64,000 nucleotides of DNA from Octopus sinensis. Its lineage: Eukaryota. Below are positions 24,187-36,998 of the stretch, piece by piece. The notes beneath the pieces were generated by a model. It searched no databases. It saw only the letters and a list, made by a program, of their open reading frames with translations, and had not been told where the DNA came from. The stretch is from assembly GCF_006345805.1 (NCBI RefSeq), contig NC_043004.1, forward strand, positions 70,494,001 to 70,558,000, given 5' to 3'. The translations under genes were made by a program, and so were the position numbers. The stretch's first letter is position 1; every line of letters starts with the position of its first letter.

Positions 24187-26760
24187 GATCATCATCATCA
24201 TCATCATCATCATCATAACCACAACCACCACCACCACCACCACCACCACCACCACCCACCACCACCACCACCACCACCACCACCACCACCACCATCATCA
24301 CCATCATCACCATCATCATCATTATTATATAATCAATCATTCAAAGTTGACTAGTATTTCCTAACAACAAAATCCAAATAGCTTAGTTAGAAACTAGAAA
24401 ATCCACCCCAGTAATCCAGCTTATTTATCAACACAGTCACTTAGAATAGAACTAAAATCATTCATTTTCTGATGCATTTTATCCACAAGAGAGTTTATAA
24501 TATCATACCGAAAGATATTGTTTTTAAAGTCCCCCACCCCAACTCCAAGAAAAAAACTCCACCCTCAATTTCTAAAGAAGCTTCAAAATATCTCTCAACA
24601 TCTTATCATTAAGAAAGGCCTCAATTCCAAGAGGAAATTTTCCAGCCTTCCTTAAATCCAGACATGTAATATAAGTTACCATTGATATGTAATATATACA
24701 GTGCAACATTTCAGAAGCTACGTCTTATCTTTAGAATATCTTGGGAGTCGGGTTGTAATATAAGCCACTGGTAATAAAACATCCCCACCCAACATTAATT
24801 TAGCTTTAAATATAAATCAGAAGAAAAGGGTAGCTAAGGAATGAATATTTAGATTTTGTTACTATTTCTAAACTGATGTTACTGTACCGGATTGCAGAGG
24901 TAGACTTTCAGTAACCAAACTTGTATAATTTAATTTGATTCCTGCTGGACCTATTCCACATCATTTACATCTCTCATATCCTTCAGATCAAGCAAGAAGA
25001 AATATTATAACTATCCATTTCTGCTCCATTAAAAATTCTTAATGTATTAAAGTTTCTATATCTATGTAATAAATATTATCATCTGGTTATTTTTAATTAA
25101 CTAATGGCATTGGTAGAAATGATAAAGTTTTTTTGCAGACTTCAATTTTGTTCTTCAAGTTTATTGCTTTTTGACTTCAGGTGAGCCTTGATTGAACAGA
25201 CAAATTATCAATGAGATTCCAGCCATGACTAACCTATCTTTCTCTTTTACACATACCATATTATCTATCATAAGCGTCAAATTTTTCAGACCAAAATTTA
25301 CAGCCAAAAAAGGTAGGTTGACTTATACACCAAGACATCTTTGGAGAATTGAAAATCCCATATGAAATACAGCAGGGTTTGGAAAGATAATGACAATTTT
25401 TGACTGTTTACCCTACATGCTTGTACTATATACTACATCAATTTGTTTGCCAGAAAATGCAGTAGTTAAGGAGGGATGAGTTGTGCCAGTGACCCTTCTT
25501 TACCATCTGTAGCCCTCTGAGATCAGGGAGGAAAATAAAAGATTATTCTCAAACCAGAAATCTGGCCTGAAAACTTGCATCCAATGATTAAATAGAAGTG
25601 TTAAGCTGTAAGACCTCCATATGTCAATGTTGGCCATGTATCTGCACATATATGTGCAGAAGTGGACAAGATATTTTTGTGAAAAACTAGTAGTTATCCA
25701 TGCATACAGGTTTCTCTCCCCTCTCCATGCCACTGATGCTTATCCAAGGGAAAGGCTGCCAACTCAAGCTGATACAACTTGGCACCAGTGTAGTTGCAGG
25801 CATTGTTGTCACAATGCCAAGAGTTGAAACAGATGCTGCAAGCCATTTCACCCAACCCCCTAAAAATTCTACCACCCTAAATTAGTACTTTATTATCGAT
25901 TCTGCAAGGAACTGGCAGAGCCTTTAGTATGAATAGAATACCTTGCAGTATTTATTCTGACTCTCTATGCTCTGAGTTCAAATCCTGCCAAGATCTACTT
26001 TACCTTTCATCCTTTCAGGACTGATAAGTATCAATGGTGTGGAGAAGGAAAAAATGCAGAAATGAACACCTGTTGATCTTCCTAAGAATAAAAAAATATT
26101 TTCTAAGCCTGCATGCATAAATGTGCAGATGCATTGAGCAACTTTGACTGATAGGGGTCCTGTTGGTGATAAACTGGGTAACAGATTAAGTCAAGTATTC
26201 AAGAAGTCAGAATGCAAAGACTCAGAACAAATACCACAAGGTACTTCATTCTATGCACAAAGAATTCAGCTAATCCACCCCACTGGACTGGGACTGATTT
26301 TACTGACCCCCAAAGGGAAGAGACATAAAAATCTAAACTCAGAGCATAGAAAACTGGCTGTATGGTAAGAAGCTTGCTTCCCAACCACATGTTTCTGGTT
26401 TCAGTTCCACTGTGTGGCACCTGGGCAAGTACCTTCTACTACAGTCACAGGCCAACCAAAGCCTTGTGAGTGGATGGAAACTGAAAGCAGTTCTGGCGTT
26501 GAAATTATTCCATGCCCTTATTGAAACTTTAATATAAATTAACCATTATGGTATTTTAGTATGCTGGCCACTGATAAATTCATTAAGTAATGACTTTATC
26601 CTTATTACATATAAAAATAATTATTAATTCACTCCTATAATATATTCACTGTGCAACTATTTGGAGTAAAGAACCACATGGTTGAAATAGATGCTGGGAT
26701 TTTGAAATTTGTGAATACATGCGAAATGCATGTATATTGTGCATGCTAATGGTAGTATGT

Positions 26761-27041
26761 ACTCTTACTCTTTTACTTGTTTCAGTTATTTGACTGTGGC
26801 CATGCTGGAGCACTGCCTTTAGTCGAGCAAATTGACCCCAGGACTTATTCTTTGTAAGCCTAGTACTTATTTTATTGGCCTCTTTTGCCAAACCGATAAG
26901 TTACGGAGAGGTAAACATACCAGCATCGGTTGTCAAGCGATGTTGGGGGTACAAACACAGACACACAAACATATACACACACACACACACACACATACAC
27001 ACATATATATATATTATATATATATATAGTATATATATATA

Positions 27042-27096
<55 letters not shown>

Positions 27097-27437
27097 GTAT
27101 ATAAATAAATGGGGCTGGCAATATATATACTGAACTTTACAGAAGTTCCTACCGTTAATCGGCTATATTTACATACCGAATTCTACCAGTAAATAATTGT
27201 TGGTTCTTTTAAAAACCATTATAGAAATTATTTTCTCTTATTATTATTATTATATATATATATATACATATATACGACGGGCTTCTTTCAGTTTCTGTCT
27301 ACCAAATCCACTCACAAGGCTTTGGTCAGTTCGAGGCTATTGTGGAAGACACTTACCCAAAGTGCCATGCAGTGGTAATGAACCCGGAACCATGTGGTTA
27401 GTAAGCAAGCTACTTAGCACACAGCCACTCCTGCACC
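26761..27437 (-). mobile_element. Bipartite SINE family A with expanded (TA)n and a ~150-bp insert
   Basis: 3' half 26761-26975 and head 27260-27437. Confidence 0.8.
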
Positions 27438-27870
27438 TATGTATGTATTTCTCATTTTATTTACATTAAGTGTTTACCACTGATGATCAGAAACAGTTTT
27501 AATAACTCAAACTGTGATATCTATAGATATGGTATTATCCAAAATATTCTATAAATCCTTGCTGTCTACTTCCCTCACTTACAAACTTGTGGTAGTGGAG
27601 TAAAAATTTTTAGTGGTTCATGAACCATTTGGGGTCTATCTCTAGCAGACTGGTGTTGAAATTATTCAATGCTCTTATTGAAACTTTATATATATGTATG
27701 TATGTGTGTATCTGTGTGTATGAACCGTTGTGCATGCATCTGTCCCCCACTGTTTGACGACCAGTATTGGTTTGTGTACGTCCTAGTAACTTAGCTCCGG
27801 TATGGTCATAGTCCAATGACAAAAACAAGTAAAATATAAAGGATAAAAAAAGATATAAATTATTTTTTTA

Positions 27871-28094
27871 TTCTTTTATTCTTTTACTTGTTTCAGTCAT
27901 TTGACTGCGGCCATGCTGGAGCAAATCCTAAAAGGTTTTAAGTTGGAGAGATCACCTCCTAGTACTTATTCAATTAGTCTCTCTTTTACAGAACTGCTAA
28001 GTTATGGGGACATAGGCACACCAGCATTGGTTGTCAAGCAATAGTGGAGTAGGATGGAGGTGAGGGACAAACACAGATACACACATGTAAATAT

Positions 28095-28139
<45 letters not shown>

Positions 28140-28292
28140 TACAATAGGCTTCTTTCAGTTTCTCTCTACTAAATCCACTCACAAGGCTTTGGTTGGCCTG
28201 AGGCTATAGTAGAAAACACTTGCTGAAGGTACCACACAAGGAACTGAACCCGGAGCCATGTGGCTGGGAAGCAAACTTCTTACCACACAAAC
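27871..28292 (-). mobile_element. Bipartite SINE family A, diverged
   Basis: Consensus match. Confidence 0.75.
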
Positions 28293-28352
28293 CTGCCTTC
28301 AGAAATTATGAGTTTGCCAAAAAATTTTGTCCACATTACTCTTTACTCTTTA

Positions 28353-28556
28353 CACTTTTACTTGTTTCAGTCATTTGACTGCGGCCATGCTGGAGCACCG
28401 CCTTTAGTCGAGCAAATCGACCCCGGGACTTATTCTTTGTAAGCCCAGTACTTATTCTATCGGTCTCTTTTTTGCTGAACCGCTAAGTGACGAGGACGTA
28501 AACACACCAGCATCGGTTGTCAAGCAATGCTAGGGGGACAAATACAGACACACAAT

Positions 28557-28596
<40 letters not shown>

Positions 28597-28786
28597 ATAT
28601 ATATATATATATATACATATTATCGACAGGCTTCTTTCAGTTTCCGTCTACCAAATCCACTCACAAGGCGTTGGTCGGCCCGGGGCTATAGCAGAAGACA
28701 CTTGCCCAAGATGCCACGCAGTGGGACTGAACCCGCAACCATGTGGCTGGTTAGCAAGCTACTTACCACACAGCCACTCCTATGCC
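28353..28786 (-). mobile_element. Bipartite SINE family A, near-consensus full length
   Basis: CpG-rich, with head, microsatellite and 3' half. Confidence 0.9.
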
Positions 28787-29171
28787 TATTAAAAAAAATT
28801 AACTGAAATTTTAATATATTAAGATTCAATATCAAACAAAGTGAAAAGCTGCAGCAGAGCTAAATCCATCCCACGTCACATTATAAATAAATATAAAAGA
28901 CTGTCTTGGGAACAAGAAACACTTAATGCACTTATAACGAGATGCCTCCAATTGAACTAAAAACAAGAGACAAAACCACATCAAGTGAGGAACCCAAAAC
29001 AAGCAGCAAAACCATACTGAGTGATGTACGGAAACTAGAAATATTTTATTATTTATTTAACCAACTCATTGATGGTGTTTAAAGTGATATAAAATTACTG
29101 TATTACTATATTTGGTGCTTTAAAAAATTTTCACTGTGTTAAATCTCATCTGTGAGAATGTAAAATATATA

Positions 29172-29620
29172 TAAAACAGCCATCTGCGCATCATACTTAA
29201 TGTAAATACATCACTGAAAAGCAATTTACTGCATTATTCATCCAGAAATAACATCTCTTGAACATGTGCTGTGTTTAAAAGCAATATATATAATAGAAAT
29301 GAAAATCGTCCTAGTAGAGGATAGCAAGAATGTCAGATGTATTTTGGTATAGTTGGGCCTTATCAACAGCGTTTACTCAGAGATAGCCACATGCTTAGAC
29401 AAAACTTGTTAACTCTGGTATTTAGGAAGACACTGAATAAAACATTCACTTGTAGTGCAAAATAGCTGCCTAGATGAATAAAATCTTGTTATATGCAGTA
29501 GAAGTAGTATTAAAATAAAATAACCATTTGTGTACCATACTTAACGTAAATACATCATTGAAAGGCAATTTACTGTGATATTCTTCAAGAAATAACATCT
29601 TTTATGGATGTCGTGTGTAT
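29172..29620. repeat. Pair of 105-bp gapless paralogous segments (29172-29276 and 29516-29620)
   Basis: 83/105 identical by manual alignment, offset 344 bp. Confidence 0.85.
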
Positions 29621-29621
29621 A

Positions 29622-30386
29622 TCTCTATATATATAAAACTGAGAATGTCTGTCTGTCTGTGTGTTTCCCTAAAACTTGAGAACTACACAACCAATTTCAT
29701 TCAAATTTTACACATGCCTTACTTAGGGTCCATGTAGTTTCATGGGCAAAAAAAATGTTCAACTTCTTGCCTAGGGCGAGCCCATAGCAATGCCATATCT
29801 TCTCCACTATTTCAGTATTACGTGTTAAAAGTGATACAAAAACATTTCTGTATTTTATGTCAGATACTTTCACTTTAACAATAAAAATAATATTAACAAT
29901 TGAATTATATGTAGTAAGTAATAATTAAAATCAAACTAAAGTATAATATAATCGTAACATAACAAAAGTAAAAATAGCAATTGATATAAAATTGCATCAA
30001 TGACTTGAACTTGAATAAGTGGTTTCACATGAATGGGAATAAATTAAAAATAAAATTAATGTGCAGAAATAGAATAGTCCATTAAATTAAAGAAAAGAAT
30101 ATTGTCTATAAAGTATACAATGTAGAGATTTGAACACCTGAAGGAAAGCACCATCAAAAAGTGTCTTGGTGTGACTATGAAAGATATCAAGTATCTAACC
30201 AGAGGCGGTAGATTCGCCACAATAGAAGCAAGGTTCGAGTCAACGGAGCATGCAAGGGAGTACTCGACTCAAACCTTGCAAAGTGGAAATATTTTATTTT
30301 TACCTTTATATCTGGGACGTAGGACGTCCCGGATAAAAATTTAAAATGTCCCCCACCAATCCAGCAAAGACGGGTCATAATGCTAG
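29622..30386 (+). mobile_element. Non-autonomous Helitron (765 bp)
   Basis: A|TCTCTATATATATAAAACT 5' end, CTAG|T 3' end, and a degenerate subterminal GC hairpin ending gacggg. Confidence 0.8.
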
Positions 30387-30869
30387 TATATATAAACATG
30401 TATGCATATCCGTATATGTGTATGTGTGTGTTTGTGTGTGTGTGTATGTATATTAAGATTTTTCTTGAGAACACAATCTTTCGTGGTAATGGCGATTTGA
30501 TGTCTATGTTTAGCATATAGGGTGTCCATTTTAGTGGTAATTCCTCTTAATTTTGTATGTAACACAATTTTTAATCTTCAGATTTTTTAGATATGCTAAG
30601 CCACTGGTTTTAATTGGTTAATATCAATTCCTACACTTATTATTTAAATTTATATAGATATAGATATAAATATAGATACACACACACACACACACACATA
30701 TGTACTTACATCCATATATTAATATTTCACAGGAGCAACAGAGTGACTCAAGTGCCGAGAGTTTTGTGTGTTGGCACTCATCAAACTATATATAACTATA
30801 CTCATATTTTGAATTTTATTTTTCTTGTTTGCGTCAACATACCCATATATATACATATATATATATATA

Positions 30870-31010
30870 CTTTATTTAAAGCAGCAGAAAATTCAACAAA
30901 ACCAGGTTTTGTTGAATTTTCTGCTGCTTTAAATAAAGCATATTACTCTACCACTGGTATTTGAGTACTCTTTTTTCCACCTTGTTTCACATTTATGTGT
31001 TTACTCCGGT
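30870..31010 (+). mobile_element. Collapsed copy of the 17598 pseudo-LTR palindrome
   Basis: 34-bp perfect arms 30870-30903 and 30905-30938 around a single A; the downstream 70 bp match 17742-17814; the ribozyme core is absent. Confidence 0.8.
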
Positions 31011-31110
31011 ATATATATATATTGATAAAAACGGTAAGATAACAAAAGAAAGAAAGAGACCTCAATATTATGTAAATAGAGGAGTTTATCTATATATATA
31101 TATATATATG

Positions 31111-32346
31111 CAGGGTGCGTAAGATAATTGTGGAAAGATTTATGTTTATCAAAAAACAGATATATAATAACATTTAATGACTTTATTTATCAAAAAATGC
31201 TATGAGGATAAAAATAAACTTTCTTTTCTATAATGTTATTCAATAAAGCCACCTTCAGCTTCAACAACTGCTTCTATAAGAGATCTAAATCATCTACATG
31301 CTTGAATCAAGTGGTCCTGGTTCATTTTGGACATTACTCTGACTATGGCAGCTTTCAAAGAATCTTTGGTGTTATGGGCATGCTCATTGACCTCTCTCTC
31401 AACAACACTTCACATGTAATAGTCCAATGGATTAGGATCTGGGGAATTACAAGGCCAAATGTTAGGGGTTGTGTGACCATGAAAATTTTCAGCCATCCAT
31501 TTCTGTGTTACTAGAGCCGTGTGTGATTGTACAGGATCTTACTGAAACACATATGGCTTTCCATTGCATACACTGTCTATCTAGGGCTTAAGAATCATTT
31601 CCAGGACCTCAATATAGGTGGCAGAGTTAACTCTAAGGCCTTTTGGAAGGAAGTAAGGAGGCATCACATGTCCTTCATTGCTGACAACCCCTAAAACCAT
31701 GACAGTTGCAGGAAATTTTGTATGCATAACATTTGGAACTTCAGAAGGGTCTGCACATAACTGTCTGTCATTTCTTCTGTTAACTTTTTGATCTTGGTCG
31801 AAGTTTTTCTCGTTTGAGAAAAACCAAATCAAATCTTCTACTGGATTTTTCAGTTTAAAAGCCTTTTAGATCCGATGTAGGGATTTTCTTTTGCTTTTTC
31901 TGACAAATTGACCTTTCTTCATCATATAAGACTTATACCTGGTGTCTTCATGGACAACATTTCTGACTGTTCCTTCTGACACACGGAGATCTTTTGCAAT
32001 TGACCTCATAGACTTTCTGTTGAACTTACTGGATAAATTCAAGTGTTCTGATGATTTCAGGGCTTTTAGAATGCTTTTTATGCTTTGATACTGGTGATAC
32101 ATTTTCATCTTCAGTCTCTAGCTCCTTACAAACTCTGTAGACGAAAGATCAGGCAACTTTTAAAAATTGAGATATTTCTAAATTGCTATGCTCAGCCTTT
32201 ATAACCACAATAACAGCATGCCTCTTCATTTCTTGAGTAAGCTAAGGATCTGCCACTATTATTTTCTGAAACAAAGATTATACAGGGTTAGCAAAAAATG
32301 CAGCAATGACTCAAAAAAGGTATGTCCTCAAACACCTTACACACCC

Positions 32347-32348
<2 letters not shown>
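31111..32348 (-). mobile_element. Full-length decayed DD37D (maT-type) Tc1/mariner transposon
   Basis: Imperfect ~28-bp TIRs beginning CAGGGTG at both ends. Transposase pseudogene 32229-31236 has FSNEKNF, (Q)*DPVQSH and SPDPNPLDY with 37 residues between D2 and D3, plus several stops and frameshifts. Confidence 0.92.
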
Positions 32349-32437
<89 letters not shown>

Positions 32438-32739
32438 TATATATATATATATATGCAGTGAGTGGTGAGAATACCAGATGGCTATTTCAGTTTAATGCTG
32501 CATGTATTGCATATAATGGATCATTTACAAGATCAATTTTTATATGAGTTAGTCTTTCATTTAACAATTGAACATTATGATTTAATTGAATTGTGAAGTT
32601 GAGATATTCTTGCTTGTATATTAATGACTGTCATCATCATGTATTGGATGCTTTTACACCACGTTTATGACATTGCAAAGAAAATCTTCCTGTTCTCACA
32701 ACAGATGAAGCCATAGCATTACTGTGTTGTAACTTTCTC

Positions 32740-32985
32740 ACAGTGTTTTCTTGGTAAGAGATATTGTTATGGTTTGCCATTGCCTTCCCCACCTGGATGG
32801 TTGTTGGCCTACAAGGCGCTCATCTGCCCTTCAACAGGTCGTAGTTTTAGTTCTGCTGGATGTCCAGATGCCCTCCTCACAAGAGTAGCAAGCTACTCAA
32901 GTAGGGGAACTGGTTTAGTTGCCAGGCATGGAATAGGTAGCAGGTCTCATCAGCTTGTGGTGAGACACCTGATCTGATGTAATAT
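32740..32985 (-). mobile_element. Probable RTE 5'-region fragment
   Basis: ggaaggcaatggcaaacca...ccaagaaaac resembles the RTE/BovB 5' motif (from recall). Confidence 0.45.
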
Positions 32986-33004
32986 TAATGATAGGGTAAA
33001 GGAT

Positions 33005-33306
33005 AAAGACCCACTTTGGTCATGAATCACCATTGGATTGCACCTAGCAAGTTACTCTCTGAGGCACAAGTCCAGACAAGGTTGTTTTTATAGAAGACCA
33101 GCAGTCACCCATGCATACCAGCCTCCCTACTCCCTGCCATTGATGTTATGCTAGGGAGAGGCAAAGGCCAATTCAGCTTGGCACCACTGGAGCAATGTGA
33201 AATAAAGTGTCTTGCTCAAGAACACAGCACACAGCTCAGTTTGAAAATTGAAGTCACTACCTCATGATTGTGAGCTCAACATTCTAACCACTGAGCCATG
33301 CGCCTT
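33005..33306 (-). mobile_element. tRNA-derived SINE, family C
   Basis: Reverse complement of the family C consensus. Confidence 0.8.
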
Positions 33307-33312
33307 TACATA

Positions 33313-33710
33313 TCTTTATATATAAAAGTGAGGTTGTGTGCTGTCTGTCTCCTACGATTTAGATTCCTAACTACTCCCACATTTTGCAGTGCAGTGTAAC
33401 CAAAACCGAGTATCTTATAGTCGTGATTCATATCGAGCCGTTCTGGGTATTAGCACATGTCTACGATGAGTCTACGATTTTAAAAAGAATTTACCATCAA
33501 TTTTTCCTATTTTTAATGTATTTTTGGCATATATAAGGGAAGTAACTCTATAAAAATTTATTATTAAATCTCAGAACGTAAAAAGCTACAGTAACACCCC
33601 CCCCCTTTGTGGTTAGCCATATTGAGATAGCTATTATACTTTACATCTCTAAAAATGCTTATATAGTTATTTCCCTTACCAACCCGAGCAACGCCGGGCG
33701 ATACTGCTAG
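33313..33710 (+). mobile_element. Non-autonomous Helitron (398 bp)
   Basis: A|TCTTTATATATAAAAG start, CCCG-AGCAACGC-CGGG hairpin 33683-33698, CTAG|T end. Confidence 0.88.
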
Positions 33711-34074
33711 TTAATGATAAAGTTTCAATGTTTCCATGGAAACTTCTGCTACTTGTTTTATATTGTTGTTTAGCTAAAACTTAGTTATGGTCCAGCAAAT
33801 CAATAACCAAAGATATTCCAACCATAGCAATCCAGTCTTGATTCTCTGTTGTTTTTTATTTGATTGTTATTTTTGTTTTTGTCCAAATGTAGTGTACTCA
33901 GGACTACATTATCCAATGTGTCTTTTCCTTCTAATCTTTTTTCTTCTTAGATATCTTGAGGGATATTTAGTTCCTATTTCTTGACTTGGCAAGTGACTTC
34001 ATGCAGGCTCCCTTTGTTTAACTGCCCATTGTTTAACCCCAGGTCAGCTCCAGTCAAGCATATATATAATTTTT

Positions 34075-34283
34075 TTTTTTACTTGTTTCAGTCATTTGAC
34101 TATCGCCATGCCGGAGCACCACCTTTAGTCAAACAAATCGACTCCAGGACTTATTCTTTGTTAGCCTAGTAGTTATTCTATCGGTTTCCTTTGCCAAACC
34201 GCTAAGTAAAGAGGACGTAAACACACCAGCATTGGTTGTCAAGCGATGTTGGGGGGACAAACACAGACACACAAACATATACA

Positions 34284-34355
<72 letters not shown>

Positions 34356-34495
34356 CATATATATGACAGGCTTCTTTCAGTTTCCATCTACCAAATCCAC
34401 TCACAAGGCTTTGGTCAGCCGGAGGCTATAGTAGAAGACACTTGCCCAAGGTGCCACGCAGTGAGACTGAACCCAGAACTATGTGGTAAGTAGCT
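34075..34495 (-). mobile_element. Bipartite SINE family A
   Basis: Consensus match. Confidence 0.85.
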
Positions 34496-35176
34496 GGTGG
34501 TAATAATTAAAGATATTCTGACAGTGACCATCCTGTCATTTTTGGAATGCATGTAATTATGATGATAATGGTGGTGGTGATCTTGTTTTTAAGTTTCAGG
34601 TTAGCTCAGATAAATGAAGCCTATAATCAAAAAAGTGTTCCAGTCATGACGATCCTGTTTTTTTTTTTTTTGTTTTCCCAAATACAGTGAACCTAGGACC
34701 ACTTTATTCGATGTCACCCTTCTCTTTTTAAAGAAAACTGTTAAGTATCACAGGATTTGGCTGCTATTTTTCGATGGGTTGATCAACCCTGTGGAATTTT
34801 TTCTTGTGCTCGTGGTGATATTATGACTGCTAGAGATGATGTTGATTAATGATGAAGACGATGGTGATGATGGTGATGATGTTGTTGTTGTTGGCGGTGG
34901 TGGTGGTGGTGGTGGTGGTGGTTGGTGGCCACTTTTGTTTTCCTTATTTGTTTGTTAGGCGCAATTAATTGACCCCCACCACAGGTCCCTCCCTAAATGC
35001 ATTATATGAACTGTATGTCATGTGATTACCTAATTCTCCATGACACATAGCACTCATATACATTAGCCAATTTGAGATATACTTAACATTTCTGACTCAG
35101 TGCCACTAACACTAATCTACGGCCAAATGTTCTATATATTTATATATTTATATCTATGTGTGTGTGTGTAATTCAA

Positions 35177-35226
<50 letters not shown>

Positions 35227-35338
35227 TCACATTTGCATATGATATATATGAATATGATATTTATATATATATATATACATATATCTATCTATCTATCTAT
35301 ATCTATATCTGTCTATCTATCTATCTATCTCTCCCTCA

Positions 35339-35378
<40 letters not shown>

Positions 35379-35699
35379 GTACACACATATATATATGCAT
35401 GCATGCATGTATGTATGTATGTATGTATGTATGTATGTATGTATGTATGTATGTATAAAAGCATTGGAGCTTGGCACAGTCCCCTGTCTCATTGGCTCCT
35501 GTCAAACCGTCCAACCCATGCCAGCATGGAAAACAGCTGTTAAACAATGATGACAATGATACATGTATGTGTCATTCATATATGTATATCACTGAACATG
35601 AAAACAAACATTAACATATACATACATACATACAAACATACATGTATATATATGTATACATATATATATATATATATATATCATCATCATCATCATCAT

Positions 35700-36180
35700 C
35701 ATCGTTTAACGTTCATTTTCCATGCTAGCATGGGTTGGACGGTTTTTACTGAGGGCTTGCAACCAGATAGCTGCACCAGGCTCCAGTCTTGATCTGGCAG
35801 AGTTTCTACAGCTGGATGCCCTTCCTAATGCCAACCACTCCGAGAGTGTAGTGGGTGCTTTTTACGTGCCACCTGCACGGGGCCAGTCAGGCGGTGCTGG
35901 CAATGTTACACGTGCCACCGACACAGGTGCCAGTGAAGCAATGTTGGTAACGATCATGCTCGAATGGTGCCCTTTTATGTGTCATGGGTATGGAAGCCAG
36001 TTGGCTGTTCTGGCAACGATCACGCTCAGATGGTGTTCTTGGCACCCTACTAGCACAGGCATAAGTGCCAGTAAGGCGATGCTGGTAACGATCATACTCG
36101 AATAGCTTCTCTGTCAATGATCACCATCGTATGGTGCTCTTTGCACCCCGCTAGCATGGATGCCAGTCATTGAAATGATT
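35700..36180 (-). mobile_element. RTE LINE 3'UTR (~480 bp)
   Basis: Collinear with 54240-54683. Confidence 0.8.
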
Positions 36181-36494
36181 TTGATTTTTAATTGATAAAA
36201 GAAGTTATATCATAAGAGATGGTCAAAAAATGTTACTGCCAAAATAAAGAATTTCTGCATGTTGGAGGATGCACCAGTACTTGTATCCAATAGCAGATGG
36301 TTATAGTGAGCTTAACAAAGTTCCTGATTTGGCTAGATTTAATACAAACGAGTGAGTTAATAAACATCAGTTTATCTGCTACTCAAATGGTCAGACAAAA
36401 GACAAGATCTGGATATCTAATCTACCTCTGTGTGAAAAGTCTGGCTGCATCTGAAAAAATATATATTATGAAACAAAATTAAACACTAAATTTA

Positions 36495-36677
36495 TTACAC
36501 AAATCTGTTACCACCACGACAGTCAACTATTTGACGCTGAACACGAGTTTGATGTTGAATACATCCACGAATTTTCTGCTCAGATAGCTCTTCCCAAGAC
36601 TGCAAGACGGCTTCGTGCAATTCGTGCCTCGTTGTAGGGTTTTTCAGTTCAACTAATTTGTTCACCTCGCCTGCGAG
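36495..36677 (-). pseudogene. Tc1-like transposase C-terminal fragment
   Basis: LAGEVNKLVELKNPTTRHELHEAVLQSWEELSEQKIRGCIQHQTRVQRQIVDCRGGNRFV* matches the Tc1 pattern PxTxxEL...W..L...CI...GGxxxY; CpG-rich. Confidence 0.75.
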
Positions 36678-36844
36678 CTATCTAAAGTTAATAATGATTC
36701 TGCTAATTCCACGTGTAAATATGTGTTGAATAGAGCTCACTGAATATATATATATATATGTATATATAGAATATACACACACACACATATATATACATGT
36801 ATGTATGTATGTATGTATGTATGTATATATGTACATACGTATGA

Positions 36845-36875
<31 letters not shown>

Positions 36876-36939
36876 GCATTTTTTAAAATTAACTCTACTG
36901 TAAATGAGTTACTGTCTACCTTACACTCCAAGTATTGCT

Positions 36940-36973
<34 letters not shown>

Positions 36974-36998
36974 TAATAATAATAATAATAATAATAAT

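Noticed and set aside
25139-25182. 42-nt exon or AG|GT ratchet site
   Set aside because: It runs into a dispersed repeat (ggtgagccttgat...ccagccatgac), so the signal is probably repeat-derived
29172-29620. SECIS element or snoRNA pair
   Set aside because: ATGA/AAA/GA spacing appears in copy 1, but helix II does not pair and is not conserved in copy 2; no intact C/D or H/ACA boxes
32935-32985. Hammerhead at CTGATGAG (- strand)
   Set aside because: No GAAA or stem III follows
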